Source: Candidatus Sumerlaeota bacterium
GTDB lineage: Bacteria > Sumerlaeota > Sumerlaeia > Sumerlaeales > Sumerlaeaceae
Assembly: GCA_017161655.1 (NCBI GenBank)
Contig: JADFCV010000012.1
Location: forward strand, 22,118 to 68,683
Length of the DNA: 46,566 nucleotides
Reading direction: 5' to 3'
Below the pieces are notes generated by a model, which saw nothing but the letters and a program-made list of their open reading frames with translations, searched no databases and had not been told where the DNA came from. Made by a program: the position numbers and the translations under genes. Shown here one piece after another: positions 8,648 to 18,860 of this stretch; within the stretch, counting starts at the first letter, position 1; each line of letters starts with the position of its first letter.

Positions 8648-10792
8648 ATGACCTCCTTTTACGACCTTGTGCTCATTCTGGTCACCGTTTCCGTTGGAGG
8701 GCTGTTTGCACAGCGCTTTCGAATCCCTCTTCTCACGATCTATCTGGCAGCAGGAATTGTCCTGGGCCCAACAGGGCTTGGGTACCTGGTACCGCATGAA
8801 GTCTTTACTTCGCTCGGCTCGCTGGGGGTGAGCCTGTTCCTTTTTTCCATCGCGTTGAAACTCGATTTGCGAACGTTTCGATTCTTAGGTGTTCGTGCGC
8901 TCATCGCAGGACTAGGGCAGTTATTGCTGACCGGCGTTGCGGGGTGGGGCATCGGGATACTTTTCGGGCTTCGTGGCGCAGGGCTGTGGCTCGCCGTATG
9001 CGTTGTCGTTCTCTCGAGCACAGTGATTGTGCTTAAAATGCTAGCCGCGAAAAAAGAACTGGAATCCCTGCATGGTCAGCTCGCCGTTGCGATCCTTATT
9101 CTTCAGGACCTTGCAGTTGTGCTGGTGATGGTCTGGATCACTGCATTGGGGGGAGGAACGCTGAACAGTAGCATCGGACATAAACTGGCGCAACTCGCTC
9201 TCGGAGTTTTTGTGCTAGTCGGTGGCTATATGCTGGGGACCCTGGTAGTCCTGCGGCTGTTGCATCACACGGTGCGCAACGTCGAGCTTCAGTTGGTCGC
9301 AGTTTTGGCGCTTGCTGCTGGCTACGCCGCCGTAGCGTCAGCGTTGGGATTCAGCAAAGAACTCGGAGCTTTTATTGCCGGGCTTTCCGTGGCTGCTAGT
9401 CCCTACAAAGACAGTGTGAGTAGCCGCCTGGTCCCTTTGCGGGATTTTCTCCTGCTTTTCTTTTTTCTCGATCTCGGATCTCGGATCTCTTTGTCGGCAG
9501 TAAGCGACACAGCTCCCATAGCTGGGGCATTGAGCGTATTTGCGTTAGTAGGGAAACCTTTGATTGTGTTTGGGCTGCTTGTTGCGCTTCGATACTCGCT
9601 GCGCACCTCGTTTCTCACAGCGATCGCCCTGGGGCAAATCAGTGAATTCTCATTTCTACTTGCGGCCATTGCGGCGCAAGCTGGGCTCGCAGATGAACGA
9701 TTGCTGTCGGTTGTCGCAACGGTGGGGATGGTGACTTTTTTTGTATCGCCGCTGCTTTTGGAGAAGGGTGAGGCACTTTATGCCATTTGTGCCCCCTGGC
9801 TGGGGCGTGTTTTTGGCAAATCCGAAGTTGAGCAATTCTTATCACTTCCCCCTCGCACCGAGAGCTATGACGTGGTGTGCTTCGGGCTGGGCCGCTACGG
9901 AACCAGTCTTGTGCAGCGCTTACGCGATCGTGGGCGCCGTGTGCTAGGTGTGGATTTTGATCCAGCGGCTCTCAGGCGTGCACAAGCGGCTGGCATTTCG
10001 GTTCAGTATGGCGACGCAGATGACGAAGAGCTTTTTGAGCATCTGCCGCTGGACACGGCAAAATGGGTGGTGTGCACCGTGCAAAGTCTCGAGGTAGGGC
10101 TGGCTGTTTTGCGCGGGCTGCGCCGGCGAGAATGGACTGGTCATGTCGCGCTGGCGGCGGAGGATGAGGAGCAGGCGGCAGAGCTGGAGCGTGCAGGGGC
10201 ACACGTCGTTCTCCGCCCCTACGAGGATGGCGCTGAACTTGCAGCAGAAGCGATCACGGACGCTGCTGATTTGCGGTTGAGTCTGGCAGACTGGCCTGTC
10301 GCTTTTCGTGAGATCCGTGTGCGCGGCAATTCGCCTCACATTGCCAAGACGATCGCCGAACTCTCTCTCCGAACTGAGACAGGCGCGACCATTGTGGCTG
10401 TGAGTCGAGGCGGACGAGTGATCTTTGATCCTCCGCCCGATTTACAACTTTATCCCAACGATCGGTTGCTTCTTATGGGTCGCAGTGCAGAACTTGAGCG
10501 CGCGGAAGCGTTTTTTGATCTATGCCACGCTCCCGTGGGTGAGGACAGTCATTTCGAGATCGGACGGTTGGTGGTTGAGCCCCAAGCGGAAGCCGTGGGG
10601 CGGACCCTTGCCGAAAGCGAATTCCGTCGCCGCTACGGCGTGACGGTGGTAGGAATTGAGCGTGCTCATCAGCAAGTTGTGCTTCCTTCCCCTGGAGAAA
10701 AGATTCTTCCCGGCGATATTCTGGTGGTCATCGGCCTCAACGAAATGGTGAAACGTTTGGCTCAGATACCAGGTTTTCGGCGCGTAGAATGA
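8648..10792 (+). CDS. CPA2 cation:proton antiporter (Kef-like) with TrkA-N and two TrkA-C domains
   Basis: About 12-13 TM helices with LSSTVIV, ILILQD and LGQISEFSF motifs; GLGRYG Rossmann motif; two RCK-C repeats (TIAELSLRTETGATIVAVSR; TLAESEFRRRYGVTVVGIER). Confidence 0.9.
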   Translation: MTSFYDLVLILVTVSVGGLFAQRFRIPLLTIYLAAGIVLGPTGLGYLVPHEVFTSLGSLGVSLFLFSIALKLDLRTFRFLGVRALIAGLGQLLLTGVAGWGIGILFGLRGAGLWLAVCVVVLSSTVIVLKMLAAKKELESLHGQLAVAILILQDLAVVLVMVWITALGGGTLNSSIGHKLAQLALGVFVLVGGYMLGTLVVLRLLHHTVRNVELQLVAVLALAAGYAAVASALGFSKELGAFIAGLSVAASPYKDSVSSRLVPLRDFLLLFFFLDLGSRISLSAVSDTAPIAGALSVFALVGKPLIVFGLLVALRYSLRTSFLTAIALGQISEFSFLLAAIAAQAGLADERLLSVVATVGMVTFFVSPLLLEKGEALYAICAPWLGRVFGKSEVEQFLSLPPRTESYDVVCFGLGRYGTSLVQRLRDRGRRVLGVDFDPAALRRAQAAGISVQYGDADDEELFEHLPLDTAKWVVCTVQSLEVGLAVLRGLRRREWTGHVALAAEDEEQAAELERAGAHVVLRPYEDGAELAAEAITDAADLRLSLADWPVAFREIRVRGNSPHIAKTIAELSLRTETGATIVAVSRGGRVIFDPPPDLQLYPNDRLLLMGRSAELERAEAFFDLCHAPVGEDSHFEIGRLVVEPQAEAVGRTLAESEFRRRYGVTVVGIERAHQQVVLPSPGEKILPGDILVVIGLNEMVKRLAQIPGFRRVE

Positions 10793-10895
10793 ATGCCGGT
10801 ATGATTCTCTTCGTCCTCCCTTCGGTCGTAGAGCGGTTGCCTTGCAAAAAGCCTGGCCCAGTAAACGTGTGGTTAAGGCGAGAGGATGCTGGTCG

Positions 10896-11621
10896 TTAGC
10901 GATTGCGAGAAGGCAGACCCGGCTCCTGGGTGTCGGCAAGCTTTTGCGCGTGTTCGGTGACCCATCGCTCGAGAAGACTTGCGGACAGTTCTTCTAGACT
11001 TTGAACGACGACGTCAGCGAATGGCTCAAGCTTATCAGAGGGGAACGTGTTTGCTACGCCGATGGCCAAGCCACGCGCCGCGCGTGCAGCTTTGAGCCCA
11101 TTGATGGAATCTTCGATAATGGCACAGCGGTGCGAAGGAAGGCCTAGGCGCTCAGCTGCACAAAGAAAGATCTCAGGATCTGGTTTGCCGCGGTGAAAGT
11201 CTTCCCCGCTCACGATCATGGGGAAAAGCTCTTCAATCCCGACGCTGCGCAAGTTGAAAAGAATTTTCTCACGCGAGCCTGAGCTGGCGAGTGCATAGGG
11301 GATTGCGTGCTTCTGGAGATCCTCAATAAGCTCGCGAACGCCCGGGAATGGCCGCAGCGCTTCGCGCTGGGCGAGATCAAAGTAAAGCTGTTTCTTGCGA
11401 GCAGAAAAGCGTTCGAGATCGAGCTCCGCGCCATAGGTTTTTCGCATAGCCCGGATGATATCAGCATCCGTGAGGCCGCAATACTGCCAGTCGTCTTCTT
11501 CGCGTAGATTCACGCCTTGTTCGCGAATGGCCTCGCGATACGCAATGAGACTGATGTGCTCGCTATCCACGAGCACGCCATCGTTGTCGAAAATCACACC
11601 GATTTTCACAGGATCCGCCAT
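10896..11621 (-). CDS. HAD-superfamily phosphatase (beta-phosphoglucomutase/CbbY-like)
   Basis: Motif I IFDNDGVLVDSE, motif II ASSG, KPDPEIF, IEDSINGLKAA. Start set at ATG 11621, overlapping the end of rseP. Confidence 0.9.
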   Translation of the reverse strand: MADPVKIGVIFDNDGVLVDSEHISLIAYREAIREQGVNLREEDDWQYCGLTDADIIRAMRKTYGAELDLERFSARKKQLYFDLAQREALRPFPGVRELIEDLQKHAIPYALASSGSREKILFNLRSVGIEELFPMIVSGEDFHRGKPDPEIFLCAAERLGLPSHRCAIIEDSINGLKAARAARGLAIGVANTFPSDKLEPFADVVVQSLEELSASLLERWVTEHAQKLADTQEPGLPSRNR

Positions 11622-13219
11622 GAATTCATGATGATGTCGTTGAATGTGACTGCCACCGCAAGCGCGATGAGCAAGATGATAAACATCTGGTAGATGCGGG
11701 CCAGAAGCCACGCGGGAAGGGGGCGTCGGATGATGGCCTCGATGGTGGCAAAGAGGATGTGGCCGCCGTCAAACACGGGCAGCGGCAAAAGATTTGTGAC
11801 CGCGAGGATGATATTGAACATGGCGAAGAAATCAAAGAACCACTTCCACCCACGCTTTGCAGCATCATAGCCAAAGCGTGAGATCGCGACCGGTCCACCG
11901 ACGTTCTCCCGCACGGTTTGAAAGTTCGAACGCAAGATGTCGCCGACTGTGTAGACGTAGCCGGTGATAATGATCCATGTACGCGTCACCGCATGAACGA
12001 GAGCTTTGTGCGGTGGCAGTTGGAAATGCTTCGTAAGCGGCTGACTGAACACGATGCCAATCTGTCCGCGAGTGGGTTTTTCCGGATCTGGTCGCACCAT
12101 GACTTTGACGGTCACACGCTGCGTGGTTCCGTCTTTCGCTTGGCGTTCGACCGTGACGTCGATCTCTTTGTTCAAGGATTTGCGAATGTATTCCGTGGCC
12201 TGAAGGCGTGTGGATACGGGGATGCCATCGAGGGCCACGATGGTGTCGCCAGGTTGAAGGCCGGCTTTTTCGGCAGGGAGGTTGGGCAATACCATCCCAA
12301 TGAAAGGGGCCGAGCGAGGCTCGCAGGCCAGGGCGGGCCAATGGTAGCCGGCGGCCGCGATGGGGTGCACATCGAGTTCGCGCAGCTCTTCCCCGCGGGC
12401 AATTTTCACGGGGATCGTGTCCCGCACGCCGAGGGCTCGTTCGGCCACGTTAGCGGCTTCGGAAACCGTGCGAACACGACGTCCGTCCACGGCCACAAGG
12501 CGATCTTCATCAGGTGAAAAATTCGGGATGAGCCATGCGGTCACCAGCAACGATTGTGTGGTGCTTCCGCGTTCGACCACGAGCGGTACGGCTTTGGCTT
12601 TGTAAGAGCCTGCGTAGCGTGAGAACTCGCTCAAAAACTCGACATAGCTTTCGACAGGTTTCTCGCTTACTTGCAAAACGCGGTCGTTGTCGCGTAGCTC
12701 GACTTTTGCCGAAACTGCCGGATCTATCTTCTCAATAACGGGGGGGATTGGCGCGGGCGCCTTGTAACCGATAACAGCCATCAAAAAGAAGACAATCACG
12801 GCCGTGAGAAGGTTGTTGATACACCCTGCGCTGAAAATGAGGAGTTTCTGCCAGTACGGCTTTGTGCGAAGTGCACGCACCTCTTCGAGCACGGAGTCGC
12901 TCAGCGACGAAGTCGCTTTCTTGTGTTCTTCGCCTTCTTTTTCGCCCAGCATTGCTTCTACTTCCGGCGTCAGAACACCGCGAAGCTTTACGTACCCTCC
13001 GAAGGGGATGGCGCTCAGACAGTACTCCGTGTCGCCCCAGCGGCGCCGCCAGAGCTTACGGCCAAAGCCAATGCTGAAGGTTTCGACTCCGACCCCAAAA
13101 AGCTTAGCAAAGAAGAAGTGGCCGAACTCGTGGACAAAGATCGCCACCGAAAAAAGGAAGATGATTCCAAAAATCCCGCGTAAGAATTCCATCGCCGATG
13201 AAATAGCCACAACACGCAC
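11606..13219 (-). CDS. rseP: RIP metalloprotease RseP with PDZ domains
   Basis: HEFGH zinc motif, FSIGFG, IPFGGYVK, PDZ segments, NLLPLPVFDGGH. Start may be ATG 13192. Confidence 0.93.
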   Translation of the reverse strand: MRVVAISSAMEFLRGIFGIIFLFSVAIFVHEFGHFFFAKLFGVGVETFSIGFGRKLWRRRWGDTEYCLSAIPFGGYVKLRGVLTPEVEAMLGEKEGEEHKKATSSLSDSVLEEVRALRTKPYWQKLLIFSAGCINNLLTAVIVFFLMAVIGYKAPAPIPPVIEKIDPAVSAKVELRDNDRVLQVSEKPVESYVEFLSEFSRYAGSYKAKAVPLVVERGSTTQSLLVTAWLIPNFSPDEDRLVAVDGRRVRTVSEAANVAERALGVRDTIPVKIARGEELRELDVHPIAAAGYHWPALACEPRSAPFIGMVLPNLPAEKAGLQPGDTIVALDGIPVSTRLQATEYIRKSLNKEIDVTVERQAKDGTTQRVTVKVMVRPDPEKPTRGQIGIVFSQPLTKHFQLPPHKALVHAVTRTWIIITGYVYTVGDILRSNFQTVRENVGGPVAISRFGYDAAKRGWKWFFDFFAMFNIILAVTNLLPLPVFDGGHILFATIEAIIRRPLPAWLLARIYQMFIILLIALAVAVTFNDIIMNSWRIL

Positions 13220-13284
13220 GCCTTGTTCGCATGAAAATCTTGTGGCTCGTCAAGGAGCGCTTTTTGGGGCAAGTTCTTTAGCCG

Positions 13285-13323
13285 AAAAAGAACACGCGCT
13301 CCACCTCTTGAGGGCAGAGCGCG
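13285..13323 (-). terminator. Probable terminator of ilvC
   Basis: Stem CGCGCTC/GAGCGCG followed by TGTTCTTTTT on the minus strand. Confidence 0.5.
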
Positions 13324-13365
13324 AAGATTTGATCCCGCTATTGCGATGCGAAAAAGGCGACGGTG

Positions 13366-14424
13366 CTACTTGCGTTTTGAAGCCTTTTTGGCCGCAGCCT
13401 TTGCTGCCACAGCTTTTGCTTCGCCTTTCTGGCCCAGCCAGCTCATCATCGAGCGTAGCTGTTCGCCAACCTTTTCGATCGGGTGCTCAAGTCCTTGTTT
13501 TTTCAGCGCGCGATAGACAGGGCGGCCCGCCTGATTCTCGAGGATCCATTCGCGCGCAAATTCGCCACGCTGAATCTCACCCAGAATCTTTCGCATCTCG
13601 GCAACGACGTTCTCGTTGATAATCCGTGGGCCACGCGTGAGGTCGCCGTACTCCGCCGTGTCGCTGATCGAATAGCGCATGTTCGAGATGCCTTTTTCGT
13701 AGATGAGATCCACAATGAGTTTCACTTCGTGGCAGCACTCGAAGTACGCTATTTCAGGTTGGTACCCCGCCTGGACAAGGGTCTCGAAGCCTTTCATAAT
13801 GAGCTGTGTCAGTCCACCACACAGCACAACTTGCTCGCCGAAGAGGTCGGTCTCGGTTTCTTCCTTGAAGGTGGTTTCGAGCACACCGGCGCGGGTGGCA
13901 CCAATCGCGCGCGCATGGGCGAGCGCAAGCTGCTTCGCTTTTCCACTTGCATCTTGATGAATGGCGATGAGGGCCGGCACGCCACCACCTTCGACGAATA
14001 CGCGCCGCACGAGATGACCGGGGCCTTTGGGCGCCACCATATACACGTCCACGTCGGGCGGGGGAACGATGGTCCCAAAGTGGATGTTGAAGCCATGCGA
14101 CCACACAAGCGCTTTACCGGGTTTGAGTCCCTGTTTGATCTCGGCTTGATAGACCGTGGGCTGTAATTCGTCCGGCAGCAAGATTTGAATGACGTCGGCT
14201 TTGGCCGCGGCGTCGGCCGCGCTCATCGGCTTAAAGCCGTGTGACTTGGCCAGCTCATAGTTCGGTGTGCCGGCGAGTTCGGCCACGAGCACTTCGACGC
14301 CGCTGTCGCGCATGTTCTGAGCCTGGGCATGGCCCTGGCTACCATAGCCGATAATCGCAACTTTCTTTCCGCGCAAGGGCTCCAGGCTGGCGTCCTTGTC
14401 GTAGTACATCTGCACCATTTTCAA
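13366..14424 (-). CDS. ilvC: Ketol-acid reductoisomerase (class I)
   Basis: [57 protein letters not shown]. Confidence 0.97.
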   Translation of the reverse strand: MKMVQMYYDKDASLEPLRGKKVAIIGYGSQGHAQAQNMRDSGVEVLVAELAGTPNYELAKSHGFKPMSAADAAAKADVIQILLPDELQPTVYQAEIKQGLKPGKALVWSHGFNIHFGTIVPPPDVDVYMVAPKGPGHLVRRVFVEGGGVPALIAIHQDASGKAKQLALAHARAIGATRAGVLETTFKEETETDLFGEQVVLCGGLTQLIMKGFETLVQAGYQPEIAYFECCHEVKLIVDLIYEKGISNMRYSISDTAEYGDLTRGPRIINENVVAEMRKILGEIQRGEFAREWILENQAGRPVYRALKKQGLEHPIEKVGEQLRSMMSWLGQKGEAKAVAAKAAAKKASKRK

Positions 14425-14568
14425 TTCTGTCCTTTCCTAAAAATCGTTATTGAATCAACGTGAGAGCTCGTTAATCGCCGTGTCAAAGAATTTTGCGTCA
14501 CCGGGTCCCCCGAGAATGTTGAGTCGTCACTGGATTTGGAGTCGGTGAGTAAAGTGGCCGCGAAGGGA

Positions 14569-15999
14569 TCAGTCGCGCACCTGCTGCGCTATCCATTGCT
14601 CCTGCACCTTTTTTAGCGAAGTCCCATAGACTTTCTCGAATCCCTTCTCGAAGGTCTCATCACTATTGCTGGCAAGATACACTAGCCATTGGCGAAGCTT
14701 ATCCGCTCCATAGCGTTGTCTAAGGTAGGCCAGGAAGTATTTCGACAGGAGATAAGCCTGCTCAGCTTCGGCCTTCGAGCGGAAGTCGCGGAACGAGTCG
14801 CGCAGCGTTTCAAACGAGAGGTCGCCGTTGGCAAGCACGGCACGCATGCGTTTCTGTTCACGCTCATTCTGCGAAAACTGCGGCTCCATAAGCTGAGCGA
14901 GTCCTTCGTGGAACCAGGCTGGCAGAGATTGGCGGATGTTCATTGCCAGCAGGGCATGCGTGTACTCGTGGTAAAGAAGGTCGCGCACCTGGGCGGGCGT
15001 GTTCTGCATGTCCTCTGCTTTGAGGCGCATTTTCCCATCGTAGATGCCTGTCGCCCATCCCGGCAGAGCAGAAATGCGGTAAAAATCCTCCGCGCGGTAG
15101 ATCTTCACGTTCACGCTTCGCGTGGGGTGAAGACCAAGAGTCTCGGCGAGTGCGTCGTGTGCATCGTCGAGCATAGCCAGCACGTCCTGGATGCTCACGC
15201 CCTCGGAGTAAGGGACGAATTGCACCCGGAATCGTTTTCTTCGGTCAGTGATTTCACGCAAGAAGGGCTCAACTTTTGATTCCTTTTCAATCATGGAGAG
15301 GCGCGAATCGAGGTAATCGGCGTGCTCTTTGTCGATGCCCCGGGCAGCGGAGTAAAATTGCTTGGCCGTGTCGTAATCGTTCACATCGTAAGCGATGTCG
15401 CCGAGGTAGATCATGGCCACAGCATTTTTGGGGTTCAACGCGAGAGCCTGGCGAAAAGTGTCAGCAGCACTCTCCAAATTGTTGGCTTTGAGCAACTCGG
15501 CTCCCCACACTGTGAGAAGTCCTGCGTAATTCATCCGCACGCTCTGGCTGATGCTTTCGTCCTGGAGCTTGTCTATCCATTTGGCGGCTTGCTCAAAAAA
15601 CTGCTGAGCTTTGAGGAACTCGCGTGATTTCGAGTGTGCGACACCGAGGTTATTAAGTGTGGCCACGAGATTCCGTACCACAATTGCATTGTCCGGTTCG
15701 ATCGCCAGTGCACGCTCGTAAAACGCAATGGCTTCTTGCTCTTTGCCGTTTTGCTCGAGATCTAAGGCTTTTGAATTATAGGCGACAGCGAGATTGCGGC
15801 GAATGACCGGATCCTCAGGTTTGGCCTCGCGTGCCTGACTGAGGTACTCAATGGCACGGTCGTATTGCTTTTGTTCCAGGGCTTCGATGGCCTTGTTATT
15901 CTTCTGGATGGGTTCATACATCCGCATCGCCAGTGGCATTGAAGCCACAATGGCGGCGAGCAGGACGACGTAGAGGCCACGCAGCAACCACTTGCTCAT
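14569..15999 (-). CDS. Membrane-anchored TPR protein with C-terminal peptidase MA-like (HEXXH) domain
   Basis: N-terminal TM; several TPR repeats; LYHEYTHALL...PAWFHEGLAQ gluzincin motif. Confidence 0.85.
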   Translation of the reverse strand: MSKWLLRGLYVVLLAAIVASMPLAMRMYEPIQKNNKAIEALEQKQYDRAIEYLSQAREAKPEDPVIRRNLAVAYNSKALDLEQNGKEQEAIAFYERALAIEPDNAIVVRNLVATLNNLGVAHSKSREFLKAQQFFEQAAKWIDKLQDESISQSVRMNYAGLLTVWGAELLKANNLESAADTFRQALALNPKNAVAMIYLGDIAYDVNDYDTAKQFYSAARGIDKEHADYLDSRLSMIEKESKVEPFLREITDRRKRFRVQFVPYSEGVSIQDVLAMLDDAHDALAETLGLHPTRSVNVKIYRAEDFYRISALPGWATGIYDGKMRLKAEDMQNTPAQVRDLLYHEYTHALLAMNIRQSLPAWFHEGLAQLMEPQFSQNEREQKRMRAVLANGDLSFETLRDSFRDFRSKAEAEQAYLLSKYFLAYLRQRYGADKLRQWLVYLASNSDETFEKGFEKVYGTSLKKVQEQWIAQQVRD

Positions 16000-16313
16000 G
16001 TCCGTTAAAACACAAGAGCACGCGCGTTTATTTCATCTCCAAATCGCTGATGGTGTGGTCGGATCTGTCCCTTGAAGAGCGCTCGTCTGAGCGTGTTGCC
16101 AGAGGAGGATGTGCAGGAATTCGACCTGGTTTCGTCGTCAGCAAATCCCGCGAGTACCGCTCCCGCCTTTGCTAAGGCGCTTTCAAAGAGGCCTCGAATG
16201 CGGGAACCACAATCTCACCGCCGCACCGCTTACACGGCCACGCAGGGGCACGATCACGAATGAGAGACAGGGGAGGGTTTGATATGCCCCCCACCTTGCC
16301 ACAGCGGATGTCT

Positions 16314-17126
16314 TTACTTTTCTTTTTCGGTTGGTGATGTCTCAGCTGTCTGGCGGCTGAGTGTGGGCGAGGTCTCCTCGCTTTCTTCCTCCAGCGCCTT
16401 CATTTCCTTCTCGATGGTGATGACCCGAATCCCATTCTGCTCCGCGAAAGTTGCGGTGGTCTGGTGGCGCGCGGGGACCTCGATGATATCAACGGTGTTT
16501 ACCACTGTGGGATCGAGTGGCTCGAGTGGGCGCCGTGTGGGCTTTCGCGAAATCTGCCGGACCACATCAAGCCCACCGATCACTTTGCCGAAGATCGTGA
16601 AGCGGCCAGAAAAATCCGGCAGAGGCACAAGCGTGATGAACCACCGACTGCCATTGGATTTGTCGCGCCCGCTATTGGCCATGGCGAGCATCCCCGCCGA
16701 ATCAAATTTTAAATCTGGCGAAATCTCCAAATCGAGTGTGTAGCCGGGACCACCATAGCCTTTGTTCGTGGGATCACCGCCGTCAATCTCCACATCTTTC
16801 ACGATGCGATAAATAATGGTATTATTGTAGATGGGTTTTGTCTGCGTCACCTGGGTGATGGGGTGGGTCCACTCCTTTTTCCCCGTAGCAAGGGCGACAA
16901 AGTTCTCAACGGTCTTGGGGGCTTTGTCGGGGAAAAGTTTGACAATGAAATCGCCGTCGGTCGTATGAAAAACGGCATAAGTCCCTTCGCTCAGTGTGAG
17001 CGGTTGAGTAACGGTTTCGTCTTCCAGGTTTCCCCACAAAAAGCTCAGCGGGGCTGTTGTTTCTGCGGCCTGCAAACTCGCCGCTAAGAGCATCGAAGCC
17101 AGCATTGCGGCAAATCGGTGCATCAT
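16314..17126 (-). CDS. Secreted cyclophilin-type peptidyl-prolyl isomerase (divergent active site)
   Basis: Signal peptide; LFPDKAPKTVENFVALA, GGDPT..G.GGPGY, GMLAMANSG...NGS..FIT, FGKVIGGLDVV. Confidence 0.88.
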   Translation of the reverse strand: MMHRFAAMLASMLLAASLQAAETTAPLSFLWGNLEDETVTQPLTLSEGTYAVFHTTDGDFIVKLFPDKAPKTVENFVALATGKKEWTHPITQVTQTKPIYNNTIIYRIVKDVEIDGGDPTNKGYGGPGYTLDLEISPDLKFDSAGMLAMANSGRDKSNGSRWFITLVPLPDFSGRFTIFGKVIGGLDVVRQISRKPTRRPLEPLDPTVVNTVDIIEVPARHQTTATFAEQNGIRVITIEKEMKALEEESEETSPTLSRQTAETSPTEKEK

Positions 17127-18121
17127 GCGTCATGCCTCCGGTTTTACGGTATCTACATGTAAGCACCACCGAAACCAAAAACCAAACGCAAGAGCTTTTC
17201 GCAAACGAACCAGGTTTGTTTCTTTGGCTAGATCGCAATCTTTCGTGCGAGAACAGAGGGAAGGCGTGGAAACCTCGTTCCTCTGGCGCTTTGAAAACGC
17301 GAGAGAGCGTCGGCATCCAGCGAAGCAGCTTCTGGCAGCGCAGGGGAGGGCGCTTGACGGCTCCGGTTGCAAAAGCCGGGAGTTCCGCAGAGGCGAACAA
17401 CGCGGACCAGTGGTCAGCAAACGTTGAGAATCCCATGTTCACGAGCGTAAGCGCCTTTGCGCACGGCCTTGCCTTTCCCTGTACGGGGAAAGCTGTAAAC
17501 CGCGGAAAAGGAGCTTCGGCAACGGTGCGGCGTGACATTCGTGCGGTGGCTTCGCAAAGGATTTTGAAAGATAGCCGTCAAAATCGTCAAAACCTTCCGC
17601 GCGAAATCGGGGACCCCGGAAAAAAAACAAAAAAAATTGAAACGAGATGGAACAAAAGTGGACCGCATTTGTTCTAAAATAACAAGCAGTCGGTTCGGCG
17701 CAACGAAGGGGAAACAGCACGACCGGAAAGCCGAACGATCGCTGGGAACCGGGGCAAAACACCTTGGCCCGAGACACCACGATCTGACCAGCCAAGCCTT
17801 TCAGCACGCCGATCCTCCCCGGTTCCCAACTCTCTATCATCCTATTCCCCCAGCGCGGTTCATGATAACGACGAAATCCTGGGGGTCGGGGGGGCGCTGG
17901 CCGGAAACATGAACCACGGGAGGGCACCTGTTGAGGACGCACTTTTCACATTCTCGCGTAACGAGGTGGTCGAGCGCCGCGGTGGGCGATGGGGGCGATG
18001 GGGGGGTGAGCGCGTTCTCAGCAAGCCGTGGTGCCATAATTTTGACCAAAGCAAAGTCACAGGCACTGATGCCTCAACAAAGAAACGGTGAGAGGAAACG
18101 ATTTGCGAAGGAGGACGCAGC

Positions 18122-18589
18122 GTGCCGACGAGATTATTCCGGTTTGAGCAGCAACAGGTCGTTCCGGCTGGTCTGGAGACGGTGTGGGAGTTTTTTTCAA
18201 ACCCGGCGAACCTGAAAACAATCACACCTCCCGATATGGGGTTCGACATTCTTACCCCTTTGCCGCCGGAGATGGAGGCGGGGCTGATCATTGCCTACCG
18301 GGTGCGCCCACTCCTGGGGATTCCGGTGCAATGGGTGACCGAGATAACCCACGTGGCGCCCATGCGATTCTTCGTAGATGAGCAGCGCTTCGGCCCGTAT
18401 CGGTTCTGGCATCACCGCCACACGTTCGAGCCGACCGAGCAAGGGGTTCTGATGACGGATCTTGTTCACTATGCGCTCCCCGCGCCCATTGGTGCAACGC
18501 TTATCAATGAGCTGGTCGTTCGGCCGCGGCTGGAGCAGATCTTTCACTATCGCCGGCGCAAGATCGAAGAGCTGTTCGGACGTCCATAA
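18122..18589 (+). CDS. SRPBCC-family protein (COG4276-like)
   Basis: VWEFFSNPANLKTITPP, W.TEIT, FVDEQRFGPYRFWHHRH.F, MTDLVHY; SD-like GGAGG upstream of the GTG. Confidence 0.9.
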   Translation: MPTRLFRFEQQQVVPAGLETVWEFFSNPANLKTITPPDMGFDILTPLPPEMEAGLIIAYRVRPLLGIPVQWVTEITHVAPMRFFVDEQRFGPYRFWHHRHTFEPTEQGVLMTDLVHYALPAPIGATLINELVVRPRLEQIFHYRRRKIEELFGRP

Positions 18590-18805
18590 GCGAGGCGTGC
18601 GACGCAAAAAAGCTCGGCGAACCAGGAAAGCGTCCTTTTGGAAAGCTCTAGGGGCAAGCGAAGCCCCGGTACGCGTGAGAACCCTGCCATTCGCACGGCA
18701 AAACTCCTTTCGCCCGTGAGGGGGGTGCGGCGGGGGCGAGCGTGTGTTGGTGGGTGTTTTTTTCTCTTGAAATCGCCCGTCCTTTGGATGTCGTATGACT
18801 GCAAA

Positions 18806-18826
18806 TTGACAGAAGCTTTTCTGTCA
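18806..18826 (+). promoter_or_regulatory. Palindromic operator candidate overlapping a TTGACA -35 element
   Basis: TGACAGAA-GCTT-TTCTGTCA (18807-18826), perfect 8-bp arms, about 35 nt upstream of ATG 18861. Confidence 0.5.
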
Positions 18827-18860
18827 TCTGAGACACTCTGGAAAAAAGGGAGTAGCGCTC

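Noticed and set aside
16906-17942. ORFs of 167-210 aa in the cyclophilin-SRPBCC gap
   Set aside because: Arg/Ser/Pro-rich shadow-like composition, overlap with the real gene, no motifs; treated as non-coding.
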